The translations under genes and the position numbers were made by a program. Source: Cyanobacteria bacterium GSL.Bin1 (GTDB lineage: Bacteria > Cyanobacteriota > Cyanobacteriia > Cyanobacteriales > Rubidibacteraceae). Taken from it: DNA of 32,000 nucleotides. Positions 10,624 to 19,402 of this stretch are shown here, piece by piece. How positions within the stretch are numbered: the stretch's first letter is position 1; each line of letters begins with the position of its first letter. The DNA lies in NCBI GenBank assembly GCA_009909085.1, contig JAAANX010000099.1, positions 25,920 to 57,919 of the forward strand. Reading direction: 5' to 3'. The notes beneath the pieces were generated by a model. That model did not search any database. It was not told the DNA's origin and was given only the letters and a program-made list of their open reading frames with translations.

Positions 10624-10959
10624 ATGAAAACAACACCGAAACAGCCTCATTACGAAACTCTATCTTATTTACCTCCCCTCACTGACCAACAGATTGCTAA
10701 GCAAATCCAATATATGTTGGATCAAGACTTCATTCCTGCAATTGAGTTTGAAGAATCTCCGAGCCCGGAAGATCACCACTGGACCCTCTGGAAACTCCCT
10801 TTATTTGATGCCAGTTCTCCTCAGGATGTGCTCAATGAAGTCCGGGAATGTCGCTCTGAATATTCCAACTGCTATATTCGTGTCGTAGGCTTTGATAATA
10901 TTCGTCAGTGCCAAATGGTTAGCTTTATCGTTTATAAACCCGATGGGATCCGTTACTAA
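10624..10959 (+). CDS. rbcS: Ribulose-1,5-bisphosphate carboxylase small subunit
   Basis: 111 aa, [106 protein letters not shown]. Confidence 0.99.
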   Translation: MKTTPKQPHYETLSYLPPLTDQQIAKQIQYMLDQDFIPAIEFEESPSPEDHHWTLWKLPLFDASSPQDVLNEVRECRSEYSNCYIRVVGFDNIRQCQMVSFIVYKPDGIRY

Positions 10960-10980
10960 TTTTCTCTGCGGGTGAATTTT

Positions 10981-11008
10981 GCCTCCACTGTTGTCGTGGA
11001 GGCTTTTT
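10981..11008 (+). terminator. Rho-independent terminator after rbcS
   Basis: GCCTCCAC TGTTGTC GTGGAGGC followed by TTTTT: perfect 8-bp stem, 7-nt loop, 22 bp downstream of the rbcS stop codon. Confidence 0.93.
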
Positions 11009-11461
11009 GTATTGGTTCAAAGGGCTTGTCGTTCATCAGGCTAATAGTTTGATTGGGAAGGTTCAAAGTTCCCAGATTCGCTCGGTTTGTGCTATTTCTC
11101 GCTTGTTTTTCCTTTTCGCTGTAACGACCTTTTATGTTACTGCTCAAGGCGTTGAGGTAGTCTCCTGGTTTTTCCTTATGGTGGGGGCGCGATCTAGCGC
11201 GATCGCGCAGATTTAACCGCATTAAGACTCTAATCGCGGAAGATTATGAAAATCAAGGTTAATGATCAAGGTGGTTCTAGATACATCGGTGTTTGTTTCC
11301 GCGCTGTTGAGCCGAAACCCTAAAACAGCTCCCAATCAAATTTTGGAGGGGTGGCAACAAGGCGCTTTTTCCCTCGTCATTTATTATTTCTCAAGTTTTA
11401 TCACGGGACGCAAGTTTTAACCCCTAATCTGTTTCTCAAGAGATTCCGTAACGATTGAAAA

Positions 11462-11508
11462 GCAAGCAAAGCGCGTAGGTCTCCAGACCGAGCCGTAGGC
11501 ATCGCGCT
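11462..11508. repeat. Putative cyanobacterial interspersed repeat fragment
   Basis: GCGCGTAGGTCTCCAGACCGAGCCGTAGGCATCGCGCT resembles the widespread cyanobacterial 'GCGATGCCTACGG...' intergenic repeat type; includes the palindrome GGTCTCCAGACC. Confidence 0.5.
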
Positions 11509-11522
11509 CAGTAGAAAAAGGA

Positions 11523-11711
11523 TTAACGGGACTTAGACAAAAAAACAACAAGAAAACAGCCTCAAACACAGTCATGGCAATGAATTTACACCAACCCCCT
11601 AAAAATCGCTGAAACCCAGCTATATCCAGAAAACTGCTCAATCGAAGTAAAATAACTACTGTGTAAGGGTTTGAGACTGTTTTTGCCTCACGATTGTTTA
11701 AGTCCCGTTAA
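11523..11711. mobile_element. MITE-like non-autonomous element (about 189 bp) with imperfect terminal inverted repeats
   Basis: Left end TTAACGGGACTTAGAC...AAAACAGCCTCAAAC; the reverse complement of the right end reads TTAACGGGACTTAAAC...AAAACAGTCTCAAAC. The outer 16 bp match at 15/16 and an inner 15-bp block at 14/15. No credible ORF inside. Confidence 0.6.
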
Positions 11712-11812
11712 CTATTGAAAAGCCTGTCAGTTAAGAATCCTAGACTTGCTCAGTAGGGATTACTTAAAATTCATGTTACCTTAAGGGAATTCATCTAAAA
11801 TAGCCTGCAGAA

Positions 11813-12451
11813 ATGAAAGTTTTGATAACAGGCTTTGAGCCCAATGATGAAGGGTTAAATGCCTCAGAGTTAACGGTAGTGTCGTTACGTGACAACTCCC
11901 CTCAAGAGCTTACTCCGTACATAGACAAGATTGCTTTCAAGATTCTACCTGGCAATACCAATACCCTTGGGGAAATCGTTGATGAAACTCTCAAAGCGTT
12001 GTCGCCCAATCTTGTTATTGGCATCGGGCAAGCCAAAGGTTATAATAAAATTGCTCTGGAACGGATGGCAAAGAATTTGAGATATTTTGTCACTCTAGAC
12101 CGAGCGGGCAATGCGCCCAAAGGAGAAAAGGTGGTTCCAGAGGGTCCTGTTGCCTATTGGAGTACTCTACGCGATCAAGAAGGTTTAGTCTCCCAACTGG
12201 AACATCATCAGATTCCTGCTAGAATTTCCAATGATTGCGGCACTCATCTGTGTAATCAAGTCTTCTATCATTTCCTTGATTGGCAAATGCTTCATCATTC
12301 TGAGATGACAGTTGGTTTTATCCACATTCCAGTTTTACCGGAACAAGTGATTAAATATTGGGCAGACTCTCCATTTATGCCGATGGAGATGACTCGTCAG
12401 GCTTTGTCACTCATCATTAGCAGACAGATTCAACTTCTTAATTCAGTCTGA
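11813..12451 (+). CDS. pcp: Pyroglutamyl-peptidase I family (C15) peptidase
   Basis: 212 aa, MKVLITGFEPNDEGLNAS...VIGIGQAKGYNKIALERMAKN...ISNDCGTHLCNQVFYH...VGFIHIPVLPEQ. The Glu, Cys (LCN) and His (GFIHIP) catalytic contexts are recognisable. Confidence 0.85.
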   Translation: MKVLITGFEPNDEGLNASELTVVSLRDNSPQELTPYIDKIAFKILPGNTNTLGEIVDETLKALSPNLVIGIGQAKGYNKIALERMAKNLRYFVTLDRAGNAPKGEKVVPEGPVAYWSTLRDQEGLVSQLEHHQIPARISNDCGTHLCNQVFYHFLDWQMLHHSEMTVGFIHIPVLPEQVIKYWADSPFMPMEMTRQALSLIISRQIQLLNSV

Positions 12452-12630
12452 TACGCGCTCTTGTGTCAACCTTGAATAATATGAGTTCGGGATCAGTAAA
12501 GGAGAGGTAGTAAGCTGAAAATAGCTACTTTCGTCACTTCATCTCGCTCGAAACCCTTAAGCAGTATATAATAATCCGGCTCTACCGAACCTGTTGTGTA
12601 AAACTGTTAGAGATTTACCCTTAATTGAAC

Positions 12631-12662
12631 AAAAAGTAGGGATGAACTCTCTTCATCCCTAC
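12631..12662 (-). terminator. Rho-independent terminator for rplI (minus strand)
   Basis: GTAGGGATGAA CTCTC TTCATCCCTAC: perfect 11-bp stem, 5-nt loop. AAAAA at 12631-12635 gives the T-run on the minus strand. Confidence 0.88.
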
Positions 12663-12736
12663 CCAATTAAACCGCTCGGTTTCCTTTTCCTCAACATGAA
12701 AAAAGACAAAAGCTCTCGAATCAAGTGAAGATCACG

Positions 12737-13198
12737 TTAGAGAGAAGCCACTTGAATTTCAATATTAGCCGTTACTTCAGGATGAAGTCGGACTTCAGCA
12801 GGATAGAAACCAATGCGACTAATATCATCCGGTAAAACCACACCTCGGCGATCAATATCTTGTCCAGTGGTTTCCTTAACCACATCAACCACATCTTGAG
12901 GAGTGACCGTCCCAAAAATGGCTTCTCCTTCACCCACTTGCTTACGAATCATAAAACGACCAATGGTTTCCAAGGCAGTTTTCCGATCTTGTGCTTCTTT
13001 GAGAATTGCTAATTGACGCTGACGTTCTTTTTCTTGTCGCTGTTCAACTTGTTTCAAAATTCCAGGCGTTGCGACACTCGCCAAGTTCTGCGGAATTAAA
13101 TAATTACGGGCATATCCAGGAGCCACTTCGACCAAATCGTCTGCTTGACCGAGCTTTTTCACATCTTTGCGTAAAACAACTTGTACTCGTTTTGCCAT
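12737..13198 (-). CDS. rplI: 50S ribosomal protein bL9
   Basis: 153 aa, [40 protein letters not shown]...[45 protein letters not shown]. Confidence 0.97.
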   Translation of the reverse strand: MAKRVQVVLRKDVKKLGQADDLVEVAPGYARNYLIPQNLASVATPGILKQVEQRQEKERQRQLAILKEAQDRKTALETIGRFMIRKQVGEGEAIFGTVTPQDVVDVVKETTGQDIDRRGVVLPDDISRIGFYPAEVRLHPEVTANIEIQVASL

Positions 13199-13345
13199 GA
13201 CTTTTACTATATTTTTCTAGAATTAACCGAAACAATCACCACCGGCGTTGGAAAAAGGTGGCACAAACTTTTATTTTACCAACAAAATTAGTAACTGGAG
13301 AAGCTCTATGAATGAAAGCCGGGATAAGGCTTATTTTTTATCGCG

Positions 13346-13620
13346 TCACCCATAGCCATCGGTCACAGTGATTTGCACCTCAATCGCTGCATTAGTTTTA
13401 ACACGAGTGATGAAATCAATGCCTTGAGCAATTAACTTCTGCCAAAACTGAAAATGATAAAAACCTCGGTCGAGCCGGAGCAGAGTTTGAGGGGAAACTA
13501 AATCTAGTAAATCTTCTTCAAAACGAGTTAATGCAAGCACGAGGATTTTCGGCAAACCCAATTTTCACAGGCAACCGAGTGACTAAATCCATCACTACAC
13601 CTATAAAGTCAAATATCATG
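13346..13620 (-). pseudogene. Degenerate IS4-like transposase remnant (internally deleted, frameshifted)
   Basis: The ORF 13346..13561 reads ...EEDLLDLVSPQTLLRLDRGFYHFQFWQKLIAQGIDFITRVKTNAAIEVQITVTDGYG, a DRGFY/F..L...GIDFITRVKTN DDE transposase core. Upstream in another frame is a start-like MDLVTRLPVKIGF segment. No full-length gene. Confidence 0.6.
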
Positions 13621-13704
13621 CTGACGAAATTATCAATGATTGAGTCAGTTTAATCGAAAACCCTGAGCAGAATTTTTTAAAACAGAGAAAACATTCAAGA
13701 GCTT

Positions 13705-13739
13705 TGAAAAAAAAATAAGCCCCACCATCTAGGGTGAGG
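13705..13739 (-). terminator. Probable Rho-independent terminator for the desaturase gene (minus strand)
   Basis: The minus strand reads CCTCACC CTAGAT GGTGGGG CTTATTTTTTTTT: 7-bp stem with one G-T wobble, then a T-run, directly after the desaturase stop. Confidence 0.75.
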
Positions 13740-13760
13740 TAAACCTTGATCTAGATTGAG

Positions 13761-14573
13761 CTAGTGTTTAACGAGCTTGACATTTTTGGCTAAACCAATA
13801 AGCTCTAAAAAGCGGATCATCATCCAAGTCATATCAAATTCCCACCATTGCAAACCATGCCGTGCTGAATATTGGTAAGCATGATGATTATTATGCCAAC
13901 CTTCACCATAGGTTAATAATGCAACCCACCAGCAATTACGGGATTGGTCTTTCGATTCATGAGTTTGATAACCAAATTTATGGGTGGCGCTATTAACAAA
14001 CCAAGTACAGTGAAAGACCACTGCTAAACGGACAAAGACTCCCCAAATCACAAATGGCCATCCACCGAGTGCATAGAGGAAAAGTCCAAAGGCAACTTGA
14101 ATGAGAATAAAATATTTTGATAAAAATTGATAGAACGGGTCGGAATTAATATCTTGTGTGTATTTAGGAATATCTTTTTTTAAGGGAATTTCATGAAGCA
14201 TCCAGCCCATATGACTCCACCAAAATCCTTGATTAGAATCATGGGGATCAGCCTGATGATCAGAATATTTATGATGCATGCGATGCAAACCAACCCAGTC
14301 AATCACACTGCCCTGGGCAGATAAAGCGCCGCAAAAAACTAAGAAATACTCTAGCCACTTGGGTACTTCTAAGCTGCGGTGACTCAAAAGGCGGTGAAAC
14401 CCTAAAGTAACACCTAATCCACCTGTAACCCAATGCATAAGCAAGGCAACTCCCACCGCTGACCAACTAAAAAAGTTGGGCAAAAAAGCAAGAAGTGCCA
14501 CTAAATGAATCGATGTAATGTAGGCAAAAGTTACCCAATCGAAAGGTAGTTTTTTCTCGGTTGCAACAGTCAT
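13761..14573 (-). CDS. desC: Acyl-CoA/acyl-lipid delta-9 fatty acid desaturase
   Basis: 270 aa, with HRLLSHRSLE, HRMHHKYSD and HNNHHAYQYSARHG histidine boxes. Confidence 0.93.
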   Translation of the reverse strand: MTVATEKKLPFDWVTFAYITSIHLVALLAFLPNFFSWSAVGVALLMHWVTGGLGVTLGFHRLLSHRSLEVPKWLEYFLVFCGALSAQGSVIDWVGLHRMHHKYSDHQADPHDSNQGFWWSHMGWMLHEIPLKKDIPKYTQDINSDPFYQFLSKYFILIQVAFGLFLYALGGWPFVIWGVFVRLAVVFHCTWFVNSATHKFGYQTHESKDQSRNCWWVALLTYGEGWHNNHHAYQYSARHGLQWWEFDMTWMMIRFLELIGLAKNVKLVKH

Positions 14574-14679
14574 GAACTAAATTACGTTTCCTTATGAGCA
14601 GTTTAATGGTATTGTGCTGGTTCTAGCGGTTCTAATGCAAGACAAAAATTGAAATCAATTCTTAAATTTCTCAAAATTT

Positions 14680-15945
14680 TTGCACAAACTAGAGAATATG
14701 AACAGCCAACTCTTGTTAGAAAAAGCGCAAACAGCACTCTTTCCAATTTTTTCGAGAATTGACACCAAGGTCAAGCATAACGCAAAAAAAGTTCTGGAAG
14801 CATTTCGACAAGAACGGGTAGGCGTACATCATTTTGCTAGCGTTAGCGGTTATGGACATGATGATTTAGGGCGGGATACCCTTGATCGGGCTTTTGCTAG
14901 GGTGATGGGGGCTCAAGCAGCAGCAGTACGGGTACAGTTGGTTTCGGGAACTCACGCGATCGCGTGTGGTTTATTTGGCGTCCTGCGTCCCGGAGATGAA
15001 ATGCTGGCAGTAGCGGGAAAACCTTATGATACTCTTGAGGAAGTCATTGGTTTACGGGAATCCGCACCCGGATCGCTGAAAGATTTCGGAATTTCTTATC
15101 GAGAACTGGCTCTTACCTCTCAAGGCAGTCTTGATTGGGACGCCTTAGCAACAGCCATCAGACCGAAGACTCGTTTAGTGTTTATTCAACGCTCTTGTGG
15201 CTATACCTGGCGCGAGAGTTTATCCATTGCTGAAATTCAAAAAATTGTGGAAGTGGTCAAGGGGCAAAACCCCAATACCATCTGCTTTGTCGATAACTGT
15301 TACGGGGAGTTTGTGGATACCATCGAACCGCCAGTGGTTGGGGCAGATTTAATTGCCGGTTCTTTAATCAAAAATCCGGGTGGCACGATTGTTACGGCAG
15401 GCGGATATATCGCGGGACGAAAAGACTTAGTAGAAGCCGCTTGTTGCCGTCTCACTGCACCGGGAATTGGTAGTGAGGGGGGAGCGACGTTTGACCAGAA
15501 TCGGCTCTTATTTCAAGGACTTTTCTTGGCGCCGCAAATGGTAGGAGAAGCGATTAAAGGGACTCATTTGGTTGCTCATGTCTTCCAACAACTGGGTTAT
15601 CCGGTGAACCCACTTCCTGAAACCCCTCGTCGCGATGTGATTCAAGCCATTAAATTAGGTAGTAAAGAAAAATTGCTGACCTTTTGTCGCGCGCTGCAGC
15701 AACAATCGCCAGTGGGGTCATATCTTGATCCTGTTCCCGCCCAAATGCCCGGTTATGAAAGTCAGTTGGTGATGGCGGGGGGAACCTTTATTGATGGCAG
15801 CACTTCCGAGTTATCTGCCGATGGACCCCTAAGAGAACCGTATTTGGTTTTTGTGCAGGGGGGAACCCATTGGACTCATTGCGCGATCGCGCTAGAAGCA
15901 ATTATTGATGCCTTTACTCAGCAAGAGAAAGCAGAAGAATCATAA
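14680..15945 (+). CDS. Methionine gamma-lyase/aluminium-resistance family PLP-dependent protein
   Basis: 421 aa, HHFASVSGYGHDDLGRDTLDRAFARVMGAQAAAVRVQLVSGTHAIACGLFGVLRPGDEMLAVAGKPYDTLEEVIG...VFVDNCYGEFVD-like, DLIAGSLIKNPGGTIVTAGGYIAGR; start may be M7 (14698). Confidence 0.9.
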   Translation: MHKLENMNSQLLLEKAQTALFPIFSRIDTKVKHNAKKVLEAFRQERVGVHHFASVSGYGHDDLGRDTLDRAFARVMGAQAAAVRVQLVSGTHAIACGLFGVLRPGDEMLAVAGKPYDTLEEVIGLRESAPGSLKDFGISYRELALTSQGSLDWDALATAIRPKTRLVFIQRSCGYTWRESLSIAEIQKIVEVVKGQNPNTICFVDNCYGEFVDTIEPPVVGADLIAGSLIKNPGGTIVTAGGYIAGRKDLVEAACCRLTAPGIGSEGGATFDQNRLLFQGLFLAPQMVGEAIKGTHLVAHVFQQLGYPVNPLPETPRRDVIQAIKLGSKEKLLTFCRALQQQSPVGSYLDPVPAQMPGYESQLVMAGGTFIDGSTSELSADGPLREPYLVFVQGGTHWTHCAIALEAIIDAFTQQEKAEES

Positions 15946-17238
15946 TTTTTTACGTCTCATCCTTGGGGCAATGGTATGAGAATTAACCCCATAAAATTGA
16001 GCAGCTTTTGACATTTCTAAGTTCAATAATTCAGTATTTCCTAAATGAAACGTTTGCTCTAATCGTAATGGTTCAACATTTAAAGCTTGTCTAACTTGTT
16101 CTGCCACTGCTTTAGCCAGTAAGGGCGGAACCGAATTTCCAATTTGTCGAAACCCATGCCATTTTGTGACATGAAATCGAAACCAATCGGGATAAGAATG
16201 AAGTCGAGCCGCTTCTCGGACTGTAATACATCTTGGAAGATAAGGATGAATGGGGCGGGGCGAAGTAAAAGCACCTCGATTACTGGGCGTTCCCGCCCTT
16301 AACGTATTACAAATTCCCTCAGAATCAAGTTTATAAAAACGGCTAATCGGTTCAGTTTTTCCAGGTGGAGTTGCAGCGAATCTCGCCATTGATTTTTCTG
16401 TATGTTTTGTTCTCAAGCTAGCAGTTAAGAGACTCGAATCATAGTAACGGTAATAACTATAATCATCTTTAACCTCTCCAGTTTTTCGTAATTGATGACT
16501 ATAGTAACTGGGAGTTCCAAATTCCGCTTTTACCGTATCTTGTGTCAAAAGTTCTGGATAGTTTTCAATAGTCGGTAAATCGGTAATTGCATCCCCAACA
16601 GTCGGACTTTCCAGTAAATCATGTTTTAATAATGTCACTTTGCTTTTTGCTGGTCTCGTCAAGTCTAAAGGATACTCAGGTAGAACTTGATCATGACGAC
16701 ATCCCAGTAAAAAAAGACGTTTGCGATTTTGAGGAACGCCAAAATTAGCAGCATTTAAAACTTGATACGGGTGTTGGACATGATAGTGATTCTCCTGAAA
16801 CGCACCGATTAATTCTTCTAGTAATTGCTGTGACTTTCCGATTGCCATGCCAGCAACATTTTCCATGACAAAATATCGGGGTTGGAGTTCGAGGACTAAC
16901 CGTAAAAAGTGAAAGACTAAGGCATTGCGATCATCGGTTAAAACGCGTTTGCCAATTAAAGAAAACCCCTGACAAGGCGGTCCACCAAAAACGACATCAA
17001 TCTCTTGAGTTTGAATCGCAGAAGATTGTCGAATTTCATTTCCTGTTAATTGCGCCGCATCTTTACAAAGCACTGACCAAAACGGAAAATTAAATTCATG
17101 AGCTGCTGCATGGATGGGGTCAATTTCTACAGAAGCTAAAACATCAAACCCTGCTTGTTCAAACCCTAAGGTCATACCTCCTACACCAGCGAATAGATCA
17201 ACCGCAATGGGACGTTTAGCTTGAAACTTGTTGCCCAT
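15940..17238 (-). CDS. Orphan DNA (cytosine-5-)-methyltransferase
   Basis: 432 aa m5C MTase: VDLFAGVGGMTLGFEQAG (motif I), VFGGPPCQGFSLIGKR (motif IV), YFVMENVAGM (motif VI), QNRKRLFLLG (VIII), QIGNSVPPLLAKAVAEQ (X). No neighbouring restriction endonuclease. Confidence 0.95.
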   Translation of the reverse strand: MGNKFQAKRPIAVDLFAGVGGMTLGFEQAGFDVLASVEIDPIHAAAHEFNFPFWSVLCKDAAQLTGNEIRQSSAIQTQEIDVVFGGPPCQGFSLIGKRVLTDDRNALVFHFLRLVLELQPRYFVMENVAGMAIGKSQQLLEELIGAFQENHYHVQHPYQVLNAANFGVPQNRKRLFLLGCRHDQVLPEYPLDLTRPAKSKVTLLKHDLLESPTVGDAITDLPTIENYPELLTQDTVKAEFGTPSYYSHQLRKTGEVKDDYSYYRYYDSSLLTASLRTKHTEKSMARFAATPPGKTEPISRFYKLDSEGICNTLRAGTPSNRGAFTSPRPIHPYLPRCITVREAARLHSYPDWFRFHVTKWHGFRQIGNSVPPLLAKAVAEQVRQALNVEPLRLEQTFHLGNTELLNLEMSKAAQFYGVNSHTIAPRMRRKKL

Positions 17239-17311
17239 TTCCTCAAGTTATTCTCCCCATTACTTTTTGGTAATGAAAACCGTCAACCAACTGCGATCTT
17301 ATAAATTTAAA

Positions 17312-18433
17312 TTAGGTTTTTCCTAGAAGATAACGCTCAATAATGTTGACAATTCGCTGAGACGCTTGACCATCCCCAAACGGATTAATTGCCATTGCCA
17401 TGCGTTGATACATATCAGGATTGCTGAGTAACTCACTGGCTGCTTGCAAAATTTGGTGCGGCTTTGTTCCTACTAAGCGAGCAGTGCCAGCAGTTACCGC
17501 TTCAGTGCGTTCTGTATTGTCTCGCAACACTAAAACAGGCTTACCTAAACTAGGGGCTTCCTCTTGTAAGCCGCCCGAATCAGTTAATAATAAATAACAA
17601 CGTTGCATTGCCCCCACCAGTTGGGAATAGTCTAAGGGTTCGGTTAAAAAGACACGAGGATGATTGCCTAATGCTGCTTGAATCGGCTGACGAACGGTTG
17701 GGTTGCGATGGAGGGGCAGTAAGAGCGCTGTATCCGGAAATTTTTCTAAAATCAGGTGCAAGCCCTCAAGGATTTGAGTGAGTGGTTGACCCCAATTTTC
17801 CCGGCGATGAACGGTTGTGAGTAAAACGCGGTATTGATTCCAATTTAAACTGGGGATATTGCAAGGCGGGTGGCGACGTGCCATGGTGAGCAAGGCATCA
17901 ATCACCGTATTCCCAGTGAGATGAATTTCTCCGATCACCCCTGAATTTTCTAGATTTTTAACTGCTGCTTCTGTTGGGGCAAAATTAAGTTGAGCCAGTT
18001 GACCAATGAGGCGACGATTGGCTTCTTCCGGATAAGGGTTATACAAATTGTGAGAGCGGAGTCCGGCTTCAACGTGAGCCGTGGGAATTTGCTGATAAAA
18101 TGCTGCCAGTGTTGCCGCAAAAGCAGTGGTGGTATCTCCTTGCACAATGACCAAATTGGGCTGAATTTCAGTAAAAAGGTTTTCCAGCCCTTTTAAGCTG
18201 CGACAGGTAATGTCACTGAGGGTTTGTTCCGCTTGCATGATCTGCAAGTCTTGATCCGCTTCGAGATGAAAGAGGTGCATCACCTGAGCAACCATTTCTC
18301 GATGTTGTCCCGTCAGAATAACAGAGGTTTTCAGTTGGGAGGAACGTTGACATTGCTGAATGACCGGAGCCAGTTTAATGGCTTCCGGACGCGTTCCTAG
18401 GGTGATGCAGACCGTACAGGAGTCAACGTTCAT
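17312..18433 (-). CDS. wecB: UDP-N-acetylglucosamine 2-epimerase (non-hydrolysing)
   Basis: 373 aa, ITLGTRPEAIKLAPVI, VQGDTTTAFAATLAAFYQQIPTAHVEAGLRSHNLYNPYPEEANRR, TVHRRENWG, LLTDSGGLQEEAPSLGKPVLVLRDNTERTEAV. Confidence 0.96.
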   Translation of the reverse strand: MNVDSCTVCITLGTRPEAIKLAPVIQQCQRSSQLKTSVILTGQHREMVAQVMHLFHLEADQDLQIMQAEQTLSDITCRSLKGLENLFTEIQPNLVIVQGDTTTAFAATLAAFYQQIPTAHVEAGLRSHNLYNPYPEEANRRLIGQLAQLNFAPTEAAVKNLENSGVIGEIHLTGNTVIDALLTMARRHPPCNIPSLNWNQYRVLLTTVHRRENWGQPLTQILEGLHLILEKFPDTALLLPLHRNPTVRQPIQAALGNHPRVFLTEPLDYSQLVGAMQRCYLLLTDSGGLQEEAPSLGKPVLVLRDNTERTEAVTAGTARLVGTKPHQILQAASELLSNPDMYQRMAMAINPFGDGQASQRIVNIIERYLLGKT

Positions 18434-18487
18434 GCCAATCCCCCAATGACATTTGACAGCAGAGAATACTCATGAAATTGTCTGACC

Positions 18488-18595
18488 GCGGAAGGCGGTG
18501 ACAGGCAAGCCTGCCGACCCAGCTGGAATCGAATTTCAGCTGGAAAGCGGCTGTGCCTTCCGCACCCGGAATTCGATTCCGGGGAACCTGTCACC
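18488..18595. repeat. Compact multi-hairpin inverted-repeat element (structured RNA or mobile palindromic repeat candidate)
   Basis: Outer 9-bp pair GGTGACAGG (18497-18505)/CCTGTCACC (18587-18595). It encloses CCAGCTGGAAT-CGA-ATTTCAGCTGG (18519-18543) and CCCGGAAT-TCG-ATTCCGGG (18565-18583). Alternative pairings are CAGGC-AA-GCCTG (18502-18513) and GCGGAAGGC (18488-18496)/GCCTTCCGC (18555-18563). Confidence 0.75.
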
Positions 18596-18646
18596 TGGAA
18601 AGAGGTATAAGGGGAGTTTAACATAAGTCGCTTGCTCTCCCAATTT

Positions 18647-19402
18647 TTACTTGTGGATTTTACCGAATCGTCGATCGCGCTGTTGATAAGCCAGGAGCGC
18701 TTGATGAAAGGCACTGCGGTCAAAATCAGGCCAGAGCGTATCGGTAACATAAATTTCGGCATAAGCCAGTTGCCACAGCAAGAAATTACTCAACCGCATT
18801 TCACCACTGGTGCGAATCAATAAATCGGGATCGGGCAAATTGGCAGTATAGAGATGTTGGGCAAATAGCTCCTCATCGAGCTGTTCTACAGTGATTTTTC
18901 CTTGTTGCACTTGCTGCGCGATCGCGCGACAAGCAGCAATAATTTCTTGTCTTCCCCCATAATTGGTCGCCACCGTAAATTCAATCCCTGTATTCTTCGC
19001 GGTTTGTTCCATTGCTTGCGCGATCACCGTTTGCAACGACTCTGGAAGCACGGTTAAATTCCCCACAAATCGAATCCGCACCTGTTTTTTCATCATTTCG
19101 GCGAGTTCTCGCTGTAAGACACGCTCAAACAAGGTCATCAAGAAATCCACTTCTTCTGAGGGGCGCCCCCAATTTTCCGTGGAAAAGGCATAAGCCATTA
19201 AGCCAGGAATTCCCCAATCTTGACAACAACGCAGCAAATCTTTGAGCGCATCAACGCCTTTCCGATGTCCCATCACTCGCGGAAATCCTCGTTTTCCTGC
19301 CCAACGACCATTACCATCCATGATCACCGCCACTTGTCGAGGAAGACGATTCGCATCTAAATCTGGGGGAAGCTGTTCTAATAGAGTGGGCTTAGTAGTC
19401 AT
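18647..19402 (-). CDS. uppS: Isoprenyl transferase (undecaprenyl diphosphate synthase family)
   Basis: 251 aa, [80 protein letters not shown]. Confidence 0.97.
   Translation of the reverse strand: MTTKPTLLEQLPPDLDANRLPRQVAVIMDGNGRWAGKRGFPRVMGHRKGVDALKDLLRCCQDWGIPGLMAYAFSTENWGRPSEEVDFLMTLFERVLQRELAEMMKKQVRIRFVGNLTVLPESLQTVIAQAMEQTAKNTGIEFTVATNYGGRQEIIAACRAIAQQVQQGKITVEQLDEELFAQHLYTANLPDPDLLIRTSGEMRLSNFLLWQLAYAEIYVTDTLWPDFDRSAFHQALLAYQQRDRRFGKIHK

Noticed and set aside
11417-11641. 74 aa minus-strand ORF (MSSFLDIAGFQRFLGG...ERDAYGSVWRPTRFACFSIV)
   Set aside because: It spans the interspersed repeat and the MITE-like end. This type of peptide recurs wherever the GCGATGCCTACGG repeat occurs and is very likely non-coding.
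18488-18595. Possible tRNA (the CCGGAATTCGATTCCGG arm looks T-arm-like)
   Set aside because: The loop is ATTCGAT rather than TTCRANN. No acceptor stem, anticodon arm or CCA-compatible geometry could be laid out.
18430-18762. 110 aa minus-strand ORF overlapping the structured element and the uppS 3' end
   Set aside because: It runs through the hairpin-rich element and overlaps uppS in another frame; composition is not protein-like. It follows from the GC-rich repeat.
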